Source of the DNA: an uncultured Rhodospirillaceae bacterium
Lineage (GTDB): Bacteria > Pseudomonadota > Alphaproteobacteria > UBA9219
DNA: 64,000 nt
Assembly (NCBI GenBank): GCA_964652235.1
Contig: CAZZDK010000010.1
Coordinates: 5,083-69,082 of the forward strand
Reading direction: 5' to 3'
Shown here: positions 59,257-64,000 of the stretch, one piece after another
Position numbering within the stretch: position 1 is the first letter of the stretch
Layout: every line of letters starts with the position of its first letter
The notes under the pieces: model-generated
Seen by the model: only the letters and a program-made list of their open reading frames with translations
Told to the model about the DNA's origin: nothing
Database searches by the model: none
Program-made: the position numbers and the translations under genes

Positions 59257-60504
59257 TCAAGCGGCGCGCTCCAGACCGAAGGCGTCGTGCAGCGCGCGCA
59301 CGGCCAGCTCGAGGTAATCCTCCGATATGAGAACGCTCGTCGTAATCTCCGATGTTTCAATGGCGCGGATGTTAATGCCCTTTTCGTACAAGGTTTCAAA
59401 CATGAGCGCGGCGACGCCGGGGTGCGAGCGCATACCCAGGCCGACGAGCGAGACCTTGGCGATGTTCGCGTCCGTCACGAGGTTCGTGAAGCCGAGCTTG
59501 TCCTTTGTCGCCTCCAAAAGTTCGGTGATACGCTGCCAATCTTCGCGCCGGACGGTAAAGGTCACGTCCGTTTTTTGTCCGTCTCCCGACGCGGCCTGGA
59601 CGATGGCGCCTACGTTGACCCCCGCGCGGGCGACGGCGCCGAAGATGTTGGCCGCGACGCCGGGTTTGTCTGGAAGGCCCGCAAGGGTGATCTTGGCATA
59701 GCCCTTGGAATGGGCGATGCCTGTGACAGGTCTGTTTTCCATGATTTCATCCTCACTTGTGATGAGCGTGCCGGGCAAGTCGCTGCCGACTTCGTTCTCG
59801 AAAATAGAGAGAATCTGGACCGGGACGGCGTTCAGGAGCCCCATCTCGATGGAGCGGGGCTGCAGAACCTTCGAATCTTCCGCGCCCAGCGCCGTGATCT
59901 CGAGCATCTCCCTGTAGGAAAGCCGCGAGATTTTGCGGGCCTTAGGGACGATGGCCGTGTCGGCGGAATAAAGGCCCGGCAAATCCGCGTACAGATCGCA
60001 CCTGTTCGCTTTAAGCGCGGCCGCCAGCGCGACGGCCGAGGCGTCCGATCCGCCGCGACCGAGGGTCGTGACGGAACGATCCTCCGCCAGACCCTGGAAT
60101 CCCGCGAGAACGGCGATCTCGCCCCTTTCCAGACAGGACCGGATAGGTTCGGCGTTGACGTCTTGAATTCGCGCGTTGCCGTGGGACGCATCGGTCCGGA
60201 TCGGCAATTGCCAGCCCAGCCAGGACTTTGCGTTAAGACCCCTTTGCTCCAGCGCCAGGGCCATCAGGCCCGCCGCCACTTGTTCTCCTGTCGAGACGAC
60301 GACGTCGCTCTCCCGCGGATTGGGACGGGGATTGACGCTGCGGCAATGGTCGAAAAGCTGGTCCGTCACGCCCGCCATTGCCGAAACCACGACGACAACT
60401 TTGTGGCCGAGCCGGATTTCTTTGGCGACCTTGCCTGCGGCGTATTTGATCCGATCAATGGTGCCAAGGGCCACGCCGCTGAATTTCAAAACCAAAAGCG
60501 CCAT
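59257..60504 (-). CDS. lysC: Aspartate kinase (monofunctional, ACT-domain regulated)
   Basis: MALLVLKFGGVALG amino-acid-kinase start, catalytic core, and two C-terminal ACT domains. It is divergent from ubiG. The ORF track extends to 60570. Confidence 0.93.
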   Translation of the reverse strand: MALLVLKFSGVALGTIDRIKYAAGKVAKEIRLGHKVVVVVSAMAGVTDQLFDHCRSVNPRPNPRESDVVVSTGEQVAAGLMALALEQRGLNAKSWLGWQLPIRTDASHGNARIQDVNAEPIRSCLERGEIAVLAGFQGLAEDRSVTTLGRGGSDASAVALAAALKANRCDLYADLPGLYSADTAIVPKARKISRLSYREMLEITALGAEDSKVLQPRSIEMGLLNAVPVQILSIFENEVGSDLPGTLITSEDEIMENRPVTGIAHSKGYAKITLAGLPDKPGVAANIFGAVARAGVNVGAIVQAASGDGQKTDVTFTVRREDWQRITELLEATKDKLGFTNLVTDANIAKVSLVGLGMRSHPGVAALMFETLYEKGINIRAIETSEITTSVLISEDYLELAVRALHDAFGLERAA

Positions 60505-60606
60505 GCGCGAAGGACCCCAAGATTTGCCAAACGAGGCGGCTATGCTATGTCTAAAAAGGCGTTTCGCCAACTTTCTTCTTTACTTTCCTTTTTTGCAGCG
60601 GTTTCC

Positions 60607-61335
60607 ATGACGTCAATCCCAAGCGTTTTTCCGGATGAAATCGTCGGTTTTTCCGCCCAGGCCGGGGAATGGTGGAAAAAGCGAGGGGCTTTCCGCGCTT
60701 TGCACGAGATGGGGCCTTTGCGTCTGCGCTATATTAAGGAACAGGTAGGCAAGCCGCTTAAAGGCCTTCGGATCCTTGATGTCGGGTGCGGCGGCGGCTT
60801 GATGGCCGAGCCGTTGGCGCGGGAAGGGGCCAGGGTCACGGGGATCGACGCCTCGCCCGAGGCCGTTGCCGTCGCGCAGGCCCATGCCCTCCAGGAGGGG
60901 CTTGAGATTGATTATCGCCTCGCCACAGCCGAAGATCTGGCCCGGGGCGCAGAGCGCTTCGATCTGATCGTGGCCCTGGAAATCGTTGAACATATTGCAA
61001 ACAGGGAGGCCTTTATGGAGGCGCTTGCCGGGCTTTTAACGCCCGGCGGGACGATCATCGTCGCCACGCTCAACCGGACGAAGCGAAGTTTTCTTTTGTC
61101 CGTCGTCGCGGCGGAATATCTTTTGGGGTGGATACCGCCCGGAACGCACGATTGGAACGCCTTTGTCCGTCCTTGCGAGATGGTTTCCCTCTGGGAGAAA
61201 AGGGGGATAAAGGCCATCGACTGCACGGGGGTCGTTTTCAGGCCTCTGGCCCGCCGTTTCGAGCTTTGCCGGGGCCGGACTGCCGTTAACTATTTTATGG
61301 CCGGGAGAAAGGAAAAACCGGCCCGGAATCCTTGA
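60607..61335 (+). CDS. ubiG: Ubiquinone biosynthesis O-methyltransferase UbiG
   Basis: VFPDEIVGFSAQAGEWWKKRGAFRALHEMGPLRLRYI and SAM motif I ILDVGCGGGLMAEPLA. It is carried as the 3' part of a spurious long ORF (59032..61335). An alternative start exists at 60547. Confidence 0.9.
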   Translation: MTSIPSVFPDEIVGFSAQAGEWWKKRGAFRALHEMGPLRLRYIKEQVGKPLKGLRILDVGCGGGLMAEPLAREGARVTGIDASPEAVAVAQAHALQEGLEIDYRLATAEDLARGAERFDLIVALEIVEHIANREAFMEALAGLLTPGGTIIVATLNRTKRSFLLSVVAAEYLLGWIPPGTHDWNAFVRPCEMVSLWEKRGIKAIDCTGVVFRPLARRFELCRGRTAVNYFMAGRKEKPARNP

Positions 61336-61360
61336 CTCGCCCCGGGCCGACCCCTATAAA
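61332..61360 (+). promoter_or_regulatory. Putative sigma70 promoter of rpmB
   Basis: TTGACT-17 nt-TATAAA, about 55 nt upstream of the rpmB start codon. Confidence 0.45.
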
Positions 61361-61413
61361 GCGCGGCTTGGAACCATAAACGAACCCGCGGGCCTGGCCC
61401 GCCGGAGGAAAAA

Positions 61414-61707
61414 ATGTCTCGTGTATGCGCCGTTACAGGCAAAAAACCCCTTTCCGGAAACAAGGTAAGCCACGCGAACAATAAAACGCGCCGCCGTTGG
61501 CAGCCCAATTTGCAGGTTTGCTCGTTTCCTTCCGAGATTCTCGCGGGAAAAGTGACGCTTCGCCTGACGGCGCGCGGCATTCGCACCATCGAACATAACG
61601 GCGGCATCGACGCCTGGATCATGAAGACGCCGAAAAGCCGCCTGTCGGAAGACGCGCTGAAGGTTCGCAAGGCCATGGAAAAGGCGGCGGCGCGTAAATC
61701 GGCCTAA
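61414..61707 (+). CDS. rpmB: 50S ribosomal protein L28
   Basis: [34 protein letters not shown] is a canonical L28 N-terminus, 97 aa. Confidence 0.95.
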   Translation: MSRVCAVTGKKPLSGNKVSHANNKTRRRWQPNLQVCSFPSEILAGKVTLRLTARGIRTIEHNGGIDAWIMKTPKSRLSEDALKVRKAMEKAAARKSA

Positions 61708-61728
61708 CTCGTTGAAATTCTTAAATAA

Positions 61729-61760
61729 GGCCTCGCCTTCGGCGGGGCCTTGTTTGTTTT
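61729..61760 (+). terminator. Rho-independent terminator after rpmB
   Basis: GGCCTCGCC-ttcg-GCGGGGCC followed by ttgtttgtttt. Confidence 0.55.
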
Positions 61761-61812
61761 CATGCCGGACGTTTGGTATAATCCCTTTGGTTTTCAAACA
61801 AGGATAAGGATC

Positions 61813-62064
61813 ATGCGGATTCCGGAGACGTCAGGAACGAATGTGCGGGAGTTTAAACAATTCCTCGCGCAGGCGCGCGCGCGACGGGTTCAGCCTGTGG
61901 AATCTTCGTCCGGAACGCCCGTTACTGTTGATGTTCTTTCTTCCGCAGAGGCGTGGAAGGAATTTGAAGCGGCGACGGCGCTCGGCGCGAGTCTGGGCCA
62001 GGTCTCTGTCCTTCAACGGCCTTTACCTGTACATAAATTGGCGTTGGAAGCGTATAAAAAATAA
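61813..62064 (+). CDS. Hypothetical small protein (83 aa)
   Basis: AAGGATAAGGA Shine-Dalgarno precedes ATG 61813 (MRIPETSGTNVREFKQFLAQARARRV...). The ORF-track upstream extension to 61750 runs through the rpmB terminator and is rejected. Confidence 0.4.
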   Translation: MRIPETSGTNVREFKQFLAQARARRVQPVESSSGTPVTVDVLSSAEAWKEFEAATALGASLGQVSVLQRPLPVHKLALEAYKK

Positions 62065-62153
62065 ACGCGATAAAAGGCGCGTGGCCGAATCCTTCGGCTT
62101 TGCGCTTTATCTTTCACGGTTCCCGGCTTCTCCGTTAACCGCAGCTTGCCAAC

Positions 62154-62864
62154 CTAAGCCATATTGTCGAGAAGCGCCGACATGACAAGCTTCGTGTTCT
62201 CATAGCCTGCCGTCGTCTGGTAGGATTTGATCGCTTCCAGAAGTTCCTGCAAAGCCGAAGTCGTCGTGGTGGACGAATCCGTTTCCGTCTCTGCGATCGT
62301 CGTCTCGTCCTCGGATTCCGACAAAGCGTCCCAAAGCGCCTGGAGCGGGTCCGTCTCTTCCTCGCTGGAAGCCACGGAAGTCGGCGGCGGGCCTGAAGGC
62401 CTGTTCGCCTCCATCGCTGTTTGCAGCTCGTCAACCGAAAGCGAACCCGCGCCTTCCGTGTCGAGACTGTTCCAGGGGTTTGTCGCCATCTCTTCGGTCA
62501 CGTCGTCGGGCCGCGCCGCAAGAAACTCTTCCTGCGTGACGACGCCGTCGCCGTCCGAGTCCATGGCGGAAACCACATCCGAAAAGTCGGTCTGGTTTGC
62601 CCCGCTGGTCGCGCCGCCGCTTTGCAGCCCCTGAAGGAGGGCTTGGAGCGTTTCGTCGCTGAGTTCCGCAAGGCCGCTTCCGCGCGTCCCTTTGCCTTCC
62701 GCGCCGCCTGATCCCTCACTGCCGGAAAGGGCGGGTAGGCTTGAAACCGAACTGGATGAAAGCGAAGAGTTTTCAGTCCGTTGCGCGAAGGCTGCCTTAG
62801 AAAAAAGCGTCCGGAGGTAAGATGCATAGGCGTCGCCGCCGGACACACTACTGATGTCGGTCAT
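62154..62864 (-). CDS. Acidic Ser/Thr-rich EF-hand calcium-binding protein (hypothetical)
   Basis: Canonical 12-residue EF loop DSDGDGVVTQEE (D1,D3,D5,G6,E12), followed by a degenerate second loop DTEGAGSLSVDE. pI is very low, the sequence is S/T/E/D-rich, and there is no signal peptide. Start at the internal MTDISSV; the ORF track starts at 62927. Confidence 0.55.
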   Translation of the reverse strand: MTDISSVSGGDAYASYLRTLFSKAAFAQRTENSSLSSSSVSSLPALSGSEGSGGAEGKGTRGSGLAELSDETLQALLQGLQSGGATSGANQTDFSDVVSAMDSDGDGVVTQEEFLAARPDDVTEEMATNPWNSLDTEGAGSLSVDELQTAMEANRPSGPPPTSVASSEEETDPLQALWDALSESEDETTIAETETDSSTTTTSALQELLEAIKSYQTTAGYENTKLVMSALLDNMA

Positions 62865-63036
62865 AGGAAGGGTCCTTTCCCCAAAGGCCCCTCTCTTTCT
62901 CTCTACCGGATAATCCGGTCCCCCCATTCACGCAGGGCTGTACGTATTCCTGCGGCGAAGGGTTTTCCCTTCAAGAACGTGCAGGGATATGGGATAGAGA
63001 AAGGAGGACTTTCAGCAAGCCTGTCGGGAGAGGTCT

Positions 63037-63660
63037 TTGGTTTCTTTTCGTGAAGCGTCCGCCGCCGCGTCGGCCAGCCGGAGTTCGGCGGGGGAAGACG
63101 CGCCTTTGGACGATCACGAATTGCTTGCGCGGACGGCGCTTGGGGATGAAAACGCCTTTGCCGCTCTCAGCGAAAGGCATTTACGGCGCATGATCGCCGT
63201 GGCGCAGCGGGTTCTCGGCAATGCCGCCGAAGCCGACGAAGTGGCGCAAGAGGCCTTTCTGCGACTCTGGCGCTATGCGCCGAACTGGGACCCCAAAGGA
63301 ACGGGCAGCGTGCGGACGTGGTTAAGCCGGGTGGTTACCAATTTGTGTCTGGATACGTTGCGCCGTCGCCGTTCGGTCTCGCTTGAAGAGGAAGGCGACA
63401 TCGAAGACCCCGCGATGGGACCCGTCGAGGCCCTGGGGCGCGAAGACCGCAGGCGGCTTGTTCGCAGGCTTTTGCTGAAACTTCCGGAAAGACAGAGACT
63501 GGCCATCGTTTTCTCTTACTTTGAGGAAATGAGCGGTCAAGAAATCGCCGCTGCCCTAGGTGTTTCGGTCGGCGCGGTGGAATCTCTTCTGGTCCGGGGT
63601 CGCGAAGGGCTGCGGCGCGGCATGAGGGAAATGGGAATCGTCTGGGGCGAGGATGTATGA
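63037..63660 (+). CDS. ECF-family RNA polymerase sigma factor (sigma-70 regions 2 and 4)
   Basis: Region 2 (AFAALSERHLRRMIAVAQRVLGNAAEADEVAQEAFLRLWRY) and region 4 HTH (LPERQRLAIVFSYFEEMSGQEIAAALGVSVGAVESLLVRGREGLRR). The more likely start is the TTG at about 63106 (M-DDHELLAR...), preceded by a GGGGAAG Shine-Dalgarno. Confidence 0.85.
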   Translation: MVSFREASAAASASRSSAGEDAPLDDHELLARTALGDENAFAALSERHLRRMIAVAQRVLGNAAEADEVAQEAFLRLWRYAPNWDPKGTGSVRTWLSRVVTNLCLDTLRRRRSVSLEEEGDIEDPAMGPVEALGREDRRRLVRRLLLKLPERQRLAIVFSYFEEMSGQEIAAALGVSVGAVESLLVRGREGLRRGMREMGIVWGEDV

Positions 63661-63679
63661 TACATAAGAGGAGGTAGAG

Positions 63680-63982
63680 GTGGACAGATTTTTTCGTGAG
63701 AACGATCCGGCTCAAGAGATCGACGGGCCGCGTCTGGAAATCGCGCTGGGAAAGATCATGTGCGGTCTCGCGCCTCAACCGGAACCCGTTTCTAGGCCGA
63801 GGTTTAGGTTTCCTTTCCCCTCGCTCGCTTTCCGACGGTTGGCCGTGGGGGTGGCCATGCTTATGTTAGGCTTGTTTATTGGCCGCGAGACGGAAAGGAT
63901 ATCCCCCCATTCAGCGGAGGCCGTCCACCCGGTGGTCGCGCTTGCTGAGCCTTGGGACAATCTGATCGTAGGGAGGGAATAG
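63680..63982 (+). CDS. Putative single-pass anti-sigma factor
   Basis: GTG start 7 nt after a GGAGG Shine-Dalgarno, 20 nt downstream of the sigma-factor stop. The small protein has one TM (LAVGVAMLMLGLFIG), the typical ECF partner architecture. No conserved anti-sigma motif could be verified. Confidence 0.45.
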   Translation: MDRFFRENDPAQEIDGPRLEIALGKIMCGLAPQPEPVSRPRFRFPFPSLAFRRLAVGVAMLMLGLFIGRETERISPHSAEAVHPVVALAEPWDNLIVGRE

Positions 63983-64000
63983 GCCATGTCGGAAAAGAAA

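Noticed and set aside
61750-61812. The ORF-track N-terminal extension (MFVFMPDVWYNPFGFQTRIRI...) of the small protein at 61813
   Set aside because: The extension runs through the rpmB intrinsic terminator hairpin and T-tract, and the internal ATG at 61813 has a strong Shine-Dalgarno. The shorter 83-aa form is more credible.

Overview
This window reads as a high-GC (about 62%) alphaproteobacterial chromosomal backbone segment, most likely Rhodospirillales-like. It is densely packed, with many ATGA/4-nt gene overlaps, and is dominated by recognisable housekeeping genes: xerC/D (3' end), secA, galE, bactofilin, adenosine kinase, mutL, rsmD, rluB-like, tadA, purD, xseA, lpxK-waaA, mlaC, folC-accD, ybeY-corC, an MCP, glmM, ruvCAB-ybgC-tolQRAB-(gap)-pal, ndk, purA, hda, purM-purN, purH, lysC divergent from ubiG, rpmB, and an ECF sigma/anti-sigma pair. 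I see no rRNA or tRNA, no CRISPR array, and no transposase, integrase or phage genes. I cannot assemble a convincing multi-gene defence or novel-system cassette from this sequence. The most unusual content is: (i) at least three families of nested-palindromic REP/MITE-like elements in five 3'-intergenic sites; (ii) a roughly 450-bp island of about 33% GC beside an NTF2/SnoaL-like protein carrying a histone-H1-like K/A/P-rich tail; (iii) a roughly 1.5-kb lower-GC islet holding two tandem paralogous orphan genes plus a small ORF with its own RBS and terminator; (iv) a 1483-aa thioester-less alpha-2-macroglobulin-like giant secreted protein; (v) a P/E-rich repeat protein and an orphan PRTase-fold protein upstream of a tight ldcA-pentapeptide-GT4-mutL operon; (vi) an acidic S/T-rich EF-hand protein divergent from the ECF sigma pair. 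Gene coordinates follow the supplied ORF track. Coordinates I placed by reading bases, including internal start corrections, repeats, promoter and terminators, may be off by 1-3 nt. Several ORF-track starts are TTG/GTG, and true starts are uncertain.
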